A DNA stretch of 64,000 nt, taken from assembly GCA_963771355.1 (NCBI GenBank), contig CAVYTA010000006.1, positions 1,792,001 through 1,856,000 on the forward strand. Direction: 5' to 3'. The translations under genes and the position numbers were made by a program. This document shows, piece after piece, positions 10,674-20,297 of this stretch. A model generated the notes under the pieces. It was not told the origin of the DNA. It made no database searches and worked only from the letters and a program-made list of their open reading frames with translations. Every line of letters starts with the position of its first letter. Within the stretch, counting starts at the first letter, position 1. Source of the stretch: an uncultured Candidatus Rokubacteria bacterium. Its GTDB lineage: Bacteria > Methylomirabilota > Methylomirabilia > Rokubacteriales > CSP1-6.

Positions 10674-12142
10674 GCGGCCTGCCCCTGGCGCTCAAGTCGG
10701 CTTCCTTCCACGTGCGGAGCCTGCGCACGCGGCTGCCGTTCCGCTACGGCATCGTCACCCTCACCCACTTTCCGCTCCTGCACCTCGCCATCGAGGTGGA
10801 GACGGCGGACGGCCGGCGCGGCCGGGGCTTTGCCGCCGACAACCTGCCCCCGAAGTGGTTCGACAAGGACCCCACCAAGTCGTTCCGTGACAACGTGGAG
10901 GACGAGCTGGCGTCCATCCGCGCCGCCGAGACCGCCTATCTCGACGCCGCGCGCGCGCCGCGCCCCATGTTCGACATCTGGGAGGGCGCGTACCGCGCGT
11001 CGCGCGCGCAGTGCCGCGCGCTCGGCCTCAACGGGCTCACCGCGTCCTTCGGGTCCTCTTTCTTCGAGCGGGCCCTCGCGGACGCCGCCGGACGTCTGGC
11101 CGGCCTCGACGTGGGAGGCATGCTCCGCGCGAATACGCTCGGATTGCGGCCGGAGGCGGTGCATCCGGGCCTCACGCTCGACCATCTCCGGGCCTGGGCG
11201 ATGGCGGCGCCGCCGGAGCACCTCGCGGTGCGCCACACCGTCGGACTCCTCGATCCCATCGTCGCCGCCGACGTACCCGCGGACGGCTGGCTGCGGGATG
11301 GCCTGCCCCAGACGCTCGAGGAGTGCATCCAGCAATATGGGCTCACCCACTTCAAGCTGAAGGTGGGCGGCTCGCTCGACGCGGACCTCGACCGCCTGGG
11401 CGTCATCGCGGCCACCCTCGACCGCCTCGTCCCCGGGGCCTATGTCGTGACCCTCGACGGCAACGAGCAGTACAAGTCCATGGCCGACTTCTCGCGCCTG
11501 GTGGACGCCATGGAGAGGGCGCCCGTGCTGGCCCGGCTCGTGGCCGCCATCGCCTTCATCGAGCAGCCGCTCGACCGCCACATCGCCCTCGATCCGGCCG
11601 CCACCGAGGGGCTGGGGGAGCTGGGCCGGCGCCTGCCCATGCTCATCGACGAGAGCGACGCCGAGCTGGACTCCTTCCCCACCGCGGTGAGGCTCGGCTA
11701 CCGGGGCGTGTCCACCAAGAACTGCAAGGGGATCGTGAAGTCCCTGCTCAACCGCTCCCTGGTGGAGCGGGAGAATCGCGGCCGCGCGCCCTCGACACGG
11801 CTGTTCATGAGCGCGGAAGACCTCACCAACGTGCCGGTGGTGCCGCTGCAGCAGGACCTCGCCACCGTGCGCGCGCTCGGTATCGGCCACGTGGAGCGGA
11901 ACGGACATCACTACGTGCGCGGCCTCGCCCACTGCTCGTCCGCCGAGCGCGCGGAAGCCACGCGGCGTCACCCCGACCTCTACGAGGGCGACGCGCGCGA
12001 GGCGCGCCTCCGGATCGAGGACGGGCGGCTCCGCGTGGGCTCCCTCGCCGTGCCCGGTTACGGGGTGGGCTTCGAGCCGGATCTCGACTCGATGACGCCG
12101 CTGGAGCGCTGGAGCCCGGCGCGCGTGGAGGACCGCGCCTGA
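10670..12142 (+). CDS. Enolase superfamily (mandelate racemase/muconate lactonizing-like) protein
   Basis: KLK motif and metal-ligand motifs DGNE, EQP and DES, plus KNCKG and ERNGHHY. Confidence 0.75.
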   Translation: MSGLPLALKSASFHVRSLRTRLPFRYGIVTLTHFPLLHLAIEVETADGRRGRGFAADNLPPKWFDKDPTKSFRDNVEDELASIRAAETAYLDAARAPRPMFDIWEGAYRASRAQCRALGLNGLTASFGSSFFERALADAAGRLAGLDVGGMLRANTLGLRPEAVHPGLTLDHLRAWAMAAPPEHLAVRHTVGLLDPIVAADVPADGWLRDGLPQTLEECIQQYGLTHFKLKVGGSLDADLDRLGVIAATLDRLVPGAYVVTLDGNEQYKSMADFSRLVDAMERAPVLARLVAAIAFIEQPLDRHIALDPAATEGLGELGRRLPMLIDESDAELDSFPTAVRLGYRGVSTKNCKGIVKSLLNRSLVERENRGRAPSTRLFMSAEDLTNVPVVPLQQDLATVRALGIGHVERNGHHYVRGLAHCSSAERAEATRRHPDLYEGDAREARLRIEDGRLRVGSLAVPGYGVGFEPDLDSMTPLERWSPARVEDRA

Positions 12143-13182
12143 TCTTCTATCGCACCAATCGCTCGTTCGCGTGGAACGCGGCGCATCCGCCCAAGCTGCC
12201 GGCGCGCCCGCGCAAGCGGATCGCCCACCCACCGGTGCCGCTGTTCGGCCGGCGCGTGTCGAGCCCGATCGGGATCGCCGCGGGGCCCCTGCCCAACTCC
12301 AAGTGGATCGAGGCCTACGCGCGTCTCGGCTACGGCCTCTTCACCTACAAGACCGTGCGCAGCACCGCGCGGCTCGCCTACCCGGCGCCGAATCTCCTCT
12401 TCTGCCGGCTCGGCGATCCCGCGGTGGCGGAGGCCAAGGCGCCGCGCAAGACCGATCCCGAGACGGTCACCTGGGCCACCTCGTTCGGGCTGCCCTCGGC
12501 CGAGCCGGACGTGTGGCGCGCCGACGTCAAGCGCGCGCGCGCCAAGCTCGCCCCGGATCAGCTCCTCATCGTGAGTGTGGCCGGCACGCCCCAGCCCGGC
12601 GGCGACGCCGAGCAGCTCGCACGGGACTACGCCACCTGCGCGCGCTGGGCGGCGGAGGCGGGCGCGGACGTGGTGGAGGTGCACCTGGCCTGTCCCAACA
12701 CCGCCGCCGAGCAAGCGCACATGGTCTATGAGGACAAGGAGCTGTCGGGCCTCATCATCGAGCGGGTGCGCCGCGCCACCGGCGGCACGCCGCTGGTCGC
12801 GAAGCTGGGCGCGCTGGCCGGCCCACGCGTGCTCCACGAGCTGGCCACGCGCCTGGCGCCCTGGCTCGACGGCTTCGTCCTCGTCAACGGGCTCCAGCGG
12901 AAAGTGATCAGGCCCGAGGGCACGCCCGCCTTTCCGGGCTCGGGCCGGGACCTGGCCGGCGTGGTGGGGGCCGAGGTCTATGACACCTGCCGCATCCAGG
13001 TGGAGGAGCTGCTCGCCTGGCGCAAGGCCGGCGCCTGGGACCGCGTGGTGTTCGCGGTGGGTGGCCTCACCACCGCCGAGCGCGCGCGCGCCGCGCTGGA
13101 CGCGGGCGCCAATGCCGCGCTGGTGGCCACCGCCGCGCTGTCCGACCCGCTCTTCGCCGCGCGCTTTCCCCCGAAGCGGTAA
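12139..13182 (+). CDS. Dihydroorotate dehydrogenase-like FMN TIM-barrel protein (probable CTG start)
   Basis: SPIGIAAGP, TYKTV, VEVHLACPNT, AKLG and AVGG motifs. The frame opens at a CTG overlapping the upstream TGA. Confidence 0.7.
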   Translation: MIFYRTNRSFAWNAAHPPKLPARPRKRIAHPPVPLFGRRVSSPIGIAAGPLPNSKWIEAYARLGYGLFTYKTVRSTARLAYPAPNLLFCRLGDPAVAEAKAPRKTDPETVTWATSFGLPSAEPDVWRADVKRARAKLAPDQLLIVSVAGTPQPGGDAEQLARDYATCARWAAEAGADVVEVHLACPNTAAEQAHMVYEDKELSGLIIERVRRATGGTPLVAKLGALAGPRVLHELATRLAPWLDGFVLVNGLQRKVIRPEGTPAFPGSGRDLAGVVGAEVYDTCRIQVEELLAWRKAGAWDRVVFAVGGLTTAERARAALDAGANAALVATAALSDPLFAARFPPKR

Positions 13183-13185
13183 GCG

Positions 13186-14623
13186 TCAGCCGCGCGGCGG
13201 CACCACGGACTGGGATGCGGTCGGCCCAGGGCTGGGCCGCCTCGAAGGCCGCCGCCGCGCGCAGCACCGCGGCTTCGCCGCCCCGCTTGCCGACGATCTG
13301 AAGTCCTACCGGCAGACCATCTCCCGTGAAGCCGGCGGGGATGGAAATCGCCGGCAGCCCCAGCACGGAAAACGCGTAGGTCAGGTACGAGCGCTGAAGC
13401 GTCCTGCCCACCGGCTGCCCGTCGATGGCCTGCGCATGCGGCTGCTCGATGGGGAAGGGCGGCGTCGCGGAGGTCGGCGTGATCCAGAGATCGCGCCCGG
13501 CCAGGAACTCGCGCACGCGATTCCAGAGGGCGGAGCGGAGCAGCTCGCCGCGCGCGATGTCGGACGAGGTGAGCGCCAGCCCCTGCTCGGTGTTCTCCAC
13601 GAGACCCGCCTGCAGCACGTCGCGATGCCGGGGCAGCTTCTCGGCATGGCGCGCCACCATGAGCAAGCCGCGCGTGAGCCGCACGATCTCCGGGGCCTCG
13701 CCCATGTCGGGGCAAGCCGCCTCCATCCGCGCCCCTGCCCCGCGGAAGACACCCACCGCCGCCTCGAATACCTCACGCACCTCCCGGTCCACCACGACCA
13801 GCCCGCCGAGGTCCGGCGTCCACGCGATGCGCCAGCCCTTCACGGACGGGGCCCTGAGCGCACGCAGGAACTCGCGCGTGTCCACGGCATACGAGATCGG
13901 CGAGCGCTCGTCGGGGCCCGCCATGACCGACAGCATCAGCGCGGCGTCGGCCACGGTGCGCGCCATGGGGCCTTCCACCGAGTAGGTGTCCCACGCGAGC
14001 ACCGAGGGATGGCGCGGGATGAGCCCGGGGGTGGTGCGAAACCCGACCACGCCGCAGTGGGACGCCGGCCCCCGGAGCGAGCCGCCGAGATCGGTGCCCT
14101 CCGCGATCGGACACATGCCCGTGGCCAGCGCCGCCGCGGAGCCACCGCTCGACCCGCCGGCGGTGCGGGCGAGGTTCCACGGATTGCGCGTGGCCCCGAA
14201 CACCGCGTTCACGGTGTTCGGGCCGAACGCGAACTCCGGCGTATTGGTCTTGCCGAGCACGATGGCCCCCGCCGCCCGCAGCCGCTCCACCACCAGCGCG
14301 TCCGCGTCGGGCACGTGGTCCTTGAACAAGGTGGACCCGTAGGTCGTGAGGATCCCCTTGGTCTGGGTGACGTCCTTGATGCCGACGGGCACGCCGAAGA
14401 GCGGCGGCAGCGGCTTGCCCCGGCGGAGCCCGGCGGTGGCCCGGCGCGCCTCCCGCAGCGCCGCGTCCCGCGCCAGCGTGACGAAGGCGTTCACCTGGGG
14501 ATTCACCGCGTCGATGCGGGCCAGCACCGCCTGCATCACCTCCAGCGGCGAGACGGTGCCGGCGCGGTAGAGGCGGGCCAGCTGTACGGCGGGCGTGAAG
14601 GCGAGATCGCGGGCCGGCGTCAT
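13186..14623 (-). CDS. Amidase signature family protein
   Basis: GVPVGIKD, GKTNTPEF, GGSSGGS and GTDLGGSLR motifs. The true stop is probably at 13186 after a one-base shift; the called ORF runs on to 13067 inside the convergent gene. Confidence 0.88.
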
Positions 14624-15420
14624 TCGAGGATTGTAGGATTTCGCGAGTTCAGCGTCTCGTAGATTTCCAGCGCCAGCCGGCCGAAGGCGGGGTCGGCGCG
14701 CTGGGCCATGGTGCGCGGGCGCGGGAGCGCCACCTCCACCACCCGCGCCACGCGGCCGGGGCGTGGGGTCATCACCACCACGCGGTCGGCGAGGAACACC
14801 GCCTCGGGAATGGAGTGGGTGACGAAGAGGATGGTCTTGCGCTGCTCGCGGGGGCCCGACGCCTCCCCCCACACGCGCAGCAGCTCGAGGTTCATCTCGT
14901 CGCGGGTCATGGCGTCCAGCGCGCCGAAGGGCTCGTCCATGAGGAGGATGGGCGGGTCCAGGATGAGGGCGCGGCAGAGGGAGGCCCGCTGCTGCATGCC
15001 GCCCGAGAGCTCGGCCGGATACTTCTCGGCGAAGTCGGCGAGGCCGGTCGTCCGCAGGAGCTCCAGGGCCCGCGCGCGGTAGTCGTCGCGCCGGCGCCCC
15101 ATGAGATCCACCGGCAGGAGCACGTTGTCCAGGAGCCGGCGCCAGCGGAGCAGCACCGGCGCCTGGAAGACCATGCCGACGGCGGGGAGCGGCGCGACCA
15201 CCTCGCGGCCCTCCACGCGGGCGCGTCCCGCGGTGGGGGGCCGGAGGCCCGCGACGACCCGGAGGAGGGTGGACTTCCCGCAGCCCGACGGGCCGACCAG
15301 CGCCACCAGCTCGCCGCGGCCCACGCCGAACGAGATACCCTGGAGCGCCTCGACGGGGCCGCTCGCCGAGGCGTAGGTCATGCCGACGCCGTCGAGCTCG
15401 ATCAGCACGGCGCGGGACAC
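14620..15420 (-). CDS. NitT/TauT-type ABC transporter ATP-binding protein
   Basis: [28 protein letters not shown] and FVTHS motifs. Confidence 0.9.
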   Translation of the reverse strand: MSRAVLIELDGVGMTYASASGPVEALQGISFGVGRGELVALVGPSGCGKSTLLRVVAGLRPPTAGRARVEGREVVAPLPAVGMVFQAPVLLRWRRLLDNVLLPVDLMGRRRDDYRARALELLRTTGLADFAEKYPAELSGGMQQRASLCRALILDPPILLMDEPFGALDAMTRDEMNLELLRVWGEASGPREQRKTILFVTHSIPEAVFLADRVVVMTPRPGRVARVVEVALPRPRTMAQRADPAFGRLALEIYETLNSRNPTILE

Positions 15421-15443
15421 GCGCCCGCCTGACGCATCCGCGG

Positions 15444-16442
15444 CTAGCGCGTGCTCTTGGGCGGCTCGATCTTGGTCAAGAAGGAGTTGGTGAAGACCTC
15501 GTCGCAGCCCACCTTGCGAGGCATGTCCATGTAGGTGTTGATCAGCTCGACGGTGCGGCACATCTTGGCGCGGTCCATCCAGCCGATCCCGTTCTGAGCG
15601 TAGCGGTCGGTCTTCATGAGCTCGAGCCCCAGCATCATGTTGGGCTCGATGAGGGTGAGGTCGATCTCGGGCACCCGCTTCCGGAAGATCTCCAGCGCGG
15701 CCTTGGGGTTCTCCATCACGTCCCGCCAGCCGCGGTAGGAGGCGTCGAGGAAGTCCTTCAGCACCTTGGGGCGCTCGTTGATTGTCTTCTCGCTGGCCAT
15801 GATGGACATGGAGTAGGTGTCGAAGCCGTACTGGAACCACGGCATGCGGACGAGATTCTCCTTGCCCACCGCCTTCTCCCAGAAGGGCTGCCCGGTGGTG
15901 TAATCGGGCACGGCATCCGCGCGCTTCTCGGACAGCGCCACGAACTTGGCCGCGGGCTCGATGTTGACCCAGGTCACCTTCTTCTCGTCGATGCCGTTGA
16001 TCCGCGCGAAGGCGGGAAAGAGCTGGCGCTGCGAGTCGCCCGGCGGGGCCGCGAGGGTCTTGCCCTCGAGGTCCTTGGGCTTGACGATGCCGGTGTCCTT
16101 GCGGGTCCAGATATTCAGCGGAGTGAGGTCGAAGACCGCGCCCACCACCTTGATCTTGGCGCCCTTGGCCACCAGCGGGATCACCACGCTGGCGTCGGCC
16201 AGGCCCACGTCGGCACGGCCGGTGTCCACCTTGGCGATGGAGTCGCCGGAGCCCTTGGAGTTCTGGAGCTCGACGTCGAGCCCCTTGTCACGGTAGTAGC
16301 CCTTCTCCAGCGCTACCCAGTAGGCGGCGTGGTCGCCGACGGCGAACCAGTTCAGCGCGAACACCACCTTCTGCGGCGCCTGGGCGAAGGCGGGCACGGT
16401 CAGCACGAGGACCAGGAGCGCGGTGAGCACGAGTCGGAGCAT
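15444..16442 (-). CDS. ABC transporter substrate-binding protein, NMT1/THI5-like
   Basis: Signal peptide; LNW...HAAYWVALEKGYY and PKDLEGK motifs; AAGGAG RBS. Confidence 0.88.
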   Translation of the reverse strand: MLRLVLTALLVLVLTVPAFAQAPQKVVFALNWFAVGDHAAYWVALEKGYYRDKGLDVELQNSKGSGDSIAKVDTGRADVGLADASVVIPLVAKGAKIKVVGAVFDLTPLNIWTRKDTGIVKPKDLEGKTLAAPPGDSQRQLFPAFARINGIDEKKVTWVNIEPAAKFVALSEKRADAVPDYTTGQPFWEKAVGKENLVRMPWFQYGFDTYSMSIMASEKTINERPKVLKDFLDASYRGWRDVMENPKAALEIFRKRVPEIDLTLIEPNMMLGLELMKTDRYAQNGIGWMDRAKMCRTVELINTYMDMPRKVGCDEVFTNSFLTKIEPPKSTR

Positions 16443-16465
16443 GGGCTTCTCCTTGCGGTGGCGGT

Positions 16466-17233
16466 TCAGGATGCGTTGCCGGTCTCCGCCCAGGGGGCGA
16501 GCCAGCGCGCGGCGAGGCCGACGGCGCCGTAGACCAGGAGGCCGACGACGGAGATCCAGACGAGAGCGGCGAAGGCCACCGGTGTGTTGAGGTTGGTCTG
16601 GGTGACGACGATCACGCTGCCCAGGCCGGCCTGGGAGGCGACGAACTCGCCCACGATGGCCCCCACCACCGCGGCGGTGGCGGTGATCTTCAGCGCGCTG
16701 AGGATGTACGGAAAGGCGTTCGGGATACGGATCGTGGCGAACACCTTCCACTTGGGCGCCCCGAACACGCGCCCCAGGTCGAGCATGTCCGACTCCACCT
16801 GGGTGAGGCCCACCGCGGTATTGATGACCACCGGGAAGAAGCCGATGAGGGCGCCGATGAGCATGTTGGGGAAGATGCCGTAGCCGAGCCACAGGAGAAA
16901 GAGCGGCGCCACCGCCACCTTCGGCAGCGTGTTGACGAAGACGAGGAAGGGCACCAGCGCGCTGGCCACGGTGGGCGACCACGCGATGGCGGTGCCGAGC
17001 AGCACCCCCACCGCGCCGGCGAGGAGGAAGGCGCCCACGATCTCCACGCTGGTGATCCAGATGTGATGCGCCCACGGGATGCGGAAGTCGACGGCGGCCC
17101 GCAGCACCGCCCACGGCCCCGGGAGGAGATACTCGCGAATCCGGAACACGGACACCGCGAGCTGCCACGCCGCGAGGAGCGAGGCGAAGAGGAGCAGCGA
17201 GGGCAGGTAGCGGCGGAGCGCGGTGGATCGCAT
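16466..17233 (-). CDS. NitT/TauT-type ABC transporter permease
   Basis: PKVAVAPLF and GAIVGEF motifs; several TM helices. Confidence 0.88.
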   Translation of the reverse strand: MRSTALRRYLPSLLLFASLLAAWQLAVSVFRIREYLLPGPWAVLRAAVDFRIPWAHHIWITSVEIVGAFLLAGAVGVLLGTAIAWSPTVASALVPFLVFVNTLPKVAVAPLFLLWLGYGIFPNMLIGALIGFFPVVINTAVGLTQVESDMLDLGRVFGAPKWKVFATIRIPNAFPYILSALKITATAAVVGAIVGEFVASQAGLGSVIVVTQTNLNTPVAFAALVWISVVGLLVYGAVGLAARWLAPWAETGNAS

Positions 17234-17303
17234 GCGCAGGATGGAGGGATTGTCCGGCCGCCGCGCCGGACCTGTCAATGGTGTTTGTGGTACGCTCCGG
17301 CCG

Positions 17304-18296
17304 ATGCGCTGGCTCATCGTCCTGCCCTTCGAGCGGGCCGAGCACATGGGGATGGACCTGCGCGACGAGCTCCGCGCGCTGGGCCACGAGGTCCGGACCT
17401 TCGCGTACCGCCGCGACAATCCGCTGTACAAGAACCGCGGCACCAAGGCCGCCTATCAGCTCTGGATCCTGCGCCGGCTGGAGCGCGCCTGCCTGGACTG
17501 GCGCCCCGCGGTGGTGCTGGTGGTCAAGGGCGGGCCCATCACGCCGGGGGTGATCCGCCGGGTCAAGGCGCGGGTGGACACGCTGTTCGTGAATCTGTTC
17601 CCCGACAACCCACTGTGGATGATTCCCTTCGAGTCCATCGAGGCCTACGACCTCTTCCTCACCAAGGAGCGGTACGCGCTGCGGGCGCTGGAGAGCGTGG
17701 GGTTGCGCAATCTCTACTATCTCCCGCTCTACTGCGTTCCGGAGATCCACCACCCGGTGACGCCCACGCCGGAGCAGGTGCGCGAGCTCCGGGGCACGGT
17801 GGCCTTCGTGGGCAGCCGGTACCCGTATCGCGAGCGCTTCGTGCGCGAGCTGGCCTCGTATCCCCTGCGTCTGTGGGGGAGCGGATGGGACCGCGCGGAG
17901 TCGTCCGAGGTGCGCAACCTGGTCGCGGGCGGCCCGGTCTGGGGCGAGGCCAAGCTGGCGATCTACTGCGGGGCCACGCTGTCGCTCAACCACCATCACC
18001 CGATGAACGACATCGTGGGCGTGAACACGCGCGCCTTCGAGCTGGCCGCCGCCGGCGCCTGCCAGGTGGCGGATCACAAGGATGAGCTCCCCGCCCTCTT
18101 CGCCCCCGGCCACGAGGTGATCACCTACCGCGATCTCCACGAGCTGCGCCGCCACCTCGACTACTACCTGGCCCATCCCGACGAGGCGCGCGAGATCGGC
18201 CAGAACGCGCTCAAGCGCGCGCTGGGCGAGCATACCCTGCGCCATCGCATCGAGGAGATCGTCCACGAGCTGGACCGGCGGTTTGGCGTCCGCTAG
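17304..18296 (+). CDS. CgeB-like glycosyltransferase (GT-B)
   Basis: VAFVGS, LWGSGW, NTRAFE and HTLRHR motifs typical of CgeB/Glyco_trans_1_2. Confidence 0.8.
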   Translation: MRWLIVLPFERAEHMGMDLRDELRALGHEVRTFAYRRDNPLYKNRGTKAAYQLWILRRLERACLDWRPAVVLVVKGGPITPGVIRRVKARVDTLFVNLFPDNPLWMIPFESIEAYDLFLTKERYALRALESVGLRNLYYLPLYCVPEIHHPVTPTPEQVRELRGTVAFVGSRYPYRERFVRELASYPLRLWGSGWDRAESSEVRNLVAGGPVWGEAKLAIYCGATLSLNHHHPMNDIVGVNTRAFELAAAGACQVADHKDELPALFAPGHEVITYRDLHELRRHLDYYLAHPDEAREIGQNALKRALGEHTLRHRIEEIVHELDRRFGVR

Positions 18297-19530
18297 CCTC
18301 GCCACCGGCCTGCGCTGCATCGACTGCGGCGCCGGGCACCCGCTGGGGTACACGCTGCAGTGCGGGGCCTGCGCGGGGCTGCTGGAGCTGACCTACGACA
18401 CCGCGCGGCTCGTCCACGACGGCCGGGCCGTCCTCGCGGGCCGGGGGCTCTGGCGCTACGCCGCCGTCCTTCCCATCGCCGACCCGGCCCATCGCGTCAG
18501 CCTGGGCGAGGGCGGCAGCCCGCTCCTCGACTGTCCGCGGCTGGCGCGCGAGCTGCGCGTGCGGCGGCTCCTGGTGAAGTACGAGGGCTCCAATCCCACC
18601 GGCACCGTGAAGGACCGCTCGTCCGCCACCGCGGTGGGCGCCGCGCTCCAGTTCAACTTCCGTGCGACCTCGGTGGTCTCGAGCGGCAATGCCGGCTCCT
18701 CGGTGGCCGCCTACTCCGCACGCGCGGGCCTGCGGTCCTTGATCTTCGCCTACGAGAAGGCCTCCGCGCCCAAGCTGCTGCACATGGCGGCCGCCGCCAC
18801 CGACCTCGTGATTTACGCCGGCGTGTACGACGACCTCATCGGCCTCTGGGACCGTTTGGTAGAGGAGCGGCACTTCTTCGACTGCGGGGCCTCGCGCAAT
18901 CCCTACAAGCACGAGGGCAAGAAGACCATCGCCTACGAGATCGCGGAGCAGCTGGACTGGAAACCGCCCGACGTCGTGGTGGCGCCGGTGGCGGTGGGGG
19001 AGACCTTCGTCGCCGCCGCGCGGGGCTTCGCGGAGATGGAGCGCGCGGGCTGGATCCCCCGCCGGCCCCGCATGGTCGCCGCTCAGGCGACGCGCGCCAA
19101 CGCCATCTCGAGCGCGTGGCGCGAGAACCGGCCGCTGGCCCCGCTCAAGATCGGCTACACCGTGGCCGAGGGCCTCGCCGCCGGGAATCCCGGGAAGAAG
19201 GGCGCGTGGGTGCTCCGCATTCTCCGGGAAACCGGTGGGGTGGCGGGCGACGCCGAGGACGACGCCATCCTGGCCGCCCAGGCGCGGCTGGCCCGCGTCG
19301 AAGGCATCTGGGCGGGGCCGACCGGCTCGGCGAGCTTCGCCGTGCTCGAGCGGCTCCTGGGCGAGGGCGCCCTCGACCGGGACGCCACCATCTGCGTGAT
19401 CGTCAGCGAGACCGGGCTCAAGACCGAGGCGGCGCCGCCGAGCCGACGCGCCACCGCTTTCGACGCAGCCTCGCTGCGACGGCTGGTCGAGGAGCGCCTC
19501 GGCGACGCCCACTTCGCGTCGCCACGGTGA
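18283..19530 (+). CDS. Threonine synthase-like PLP enzyme
   Basis: N-terminal CxxC..CxxC, SLGEG, NPTGTVKDR (PLP Lys), SSGNAG and EGKKT motifs. Confidence 0.8.
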   Translation: MASASLATGLRCIDCGAGHPLGYTLQCGACAGLLELTYDTARLVHDGRAVLAGRGLWRYAAVLPIADPAHRVSLGEGGSPLLDCPRLARELRVRRLLVKYEGSNPTGTVKDRSSATAVGAALQFNFRATSVVSSGNAGSSVAAYSARAGLRSLIFAYEKASAPKLLHMAAAATDLVIYAGVYDDLIGLWDRLVEERHFFDCGASRNPYKHEGKKTIAYEIAEQLDWKPPDVVVAPVAVGETFVAAARGFAEMERAGWIPRRPRMVAAQATRANAISSAWRENRPLAPLKIGYTVAEGLAAGNPGKKGAWVLRILRETGGVAGDAEDDAILAAQARLARVEGIWAGPTGSASFAVLERLLGEGALDRDATICVIVSETGLKTEAAPPSRRATAFDAASLRRLVEERLGDAHFASPR

Positions 19531-19670
19531 CGCGGTTGGTCGGCCCAGTCTGGCACATTTGACACCCCGCCCTCCGTGCCGACCGGCGGGGCCCGATCGT
19601 GGAGTGACTCGAGTCCAATAAAACAGCGCGTTGCGAGGCTGGGCGTCCGGCGACCGCGAGGGCCACCTCC

Positions 19671-19686
19671 GGGCACATCGCTTGCA
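19671..19686 (+). promoter_or_regulatory. Putative sigma54 (-24/-12) promoter
   Basis: GGGCACATCGCTTGCA fits GG-N10-GC and is close to TGGCACG-N4-TTGC. IHF-like AAACAGCGCGTTG at 19621-19633. Confidence 0.55.
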
Positions 19687-19700
19687 CTTCTCCATCGGTC

Positions 19701-20297
19701 GTGACGCCCACTCGTCTGCTTCTCTCCTTGTCGATGGTGCTGCTCGCGCTCTGGGGCGCCGCGCACGTGGCCGCCGATTCGGTCACCGACCGCCTCCGTC
19801 CAGAGATCGAGCGAGTGCTACAGACCCTCGATGACCCCACGCTCAGGCCCACCGCCAAGGCGTCCGAGCGACGCCAGGCGTTGCGTGAGGTCACCGAGGG
19901 CCTGTTCGACTGGGCGGAGATGGCGCAACGCGCACTGGGCTCGCACTGGGATGCCCGCAACGAGGCGGAGCGCGCAGAGTTCGCGGGGCTGTTCCGCGGG
20001 CTGATCGAGCACGCGTATCTCGCGAAGCTCGAGCGGTACGGCGGCGAGAAGGTCGTCTACGCGGGAGAGTCGGTGGAGGGCGAGCAGGCCACCGTCCGCA
20101 CGCGCGTGCTCACGCGTCAGGGCGAGGAGGTAGCCATCGACTACCGGCTGACCGCCCGGGGCGACCGCTGGCTCATCTACGACGTGGTGGTGGACGGCAT
20201 CAGCATCACCGGCAACTACCGCGCCCAGTTCAACGAAGTCGTGACCAAGTCCTCCTATCAGCAGCTCGTCAAGCGGATCCGCGCTCGCGCGTCCTGA
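19701..20297 (+). CDS. MlaC/Ttg2D family phospholipid-binding periplasmic protein
   Basis: FDWxEMAxRALG, IDYRL, WLIYDVVVDGIS and NYRAQF motifs. Confidence 0.88.
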   Translation: MTPTRLLLSLSMVLLALWGAAHVAADSVTDRLRPEIERVLQTLDDPTLRPTAKASERRQALREVTEGLFDWAEMAQRALGSHWDARNEAERAEFAGLFRGLIEHAYLAKLERYGGEKVVYAGESVEGEQATVRTRVLTRQGEEVAIDYRLTARGDRWLIYDVVVDGISITGNYRAQFNEVVTKSSYQQLVKRIRARAS

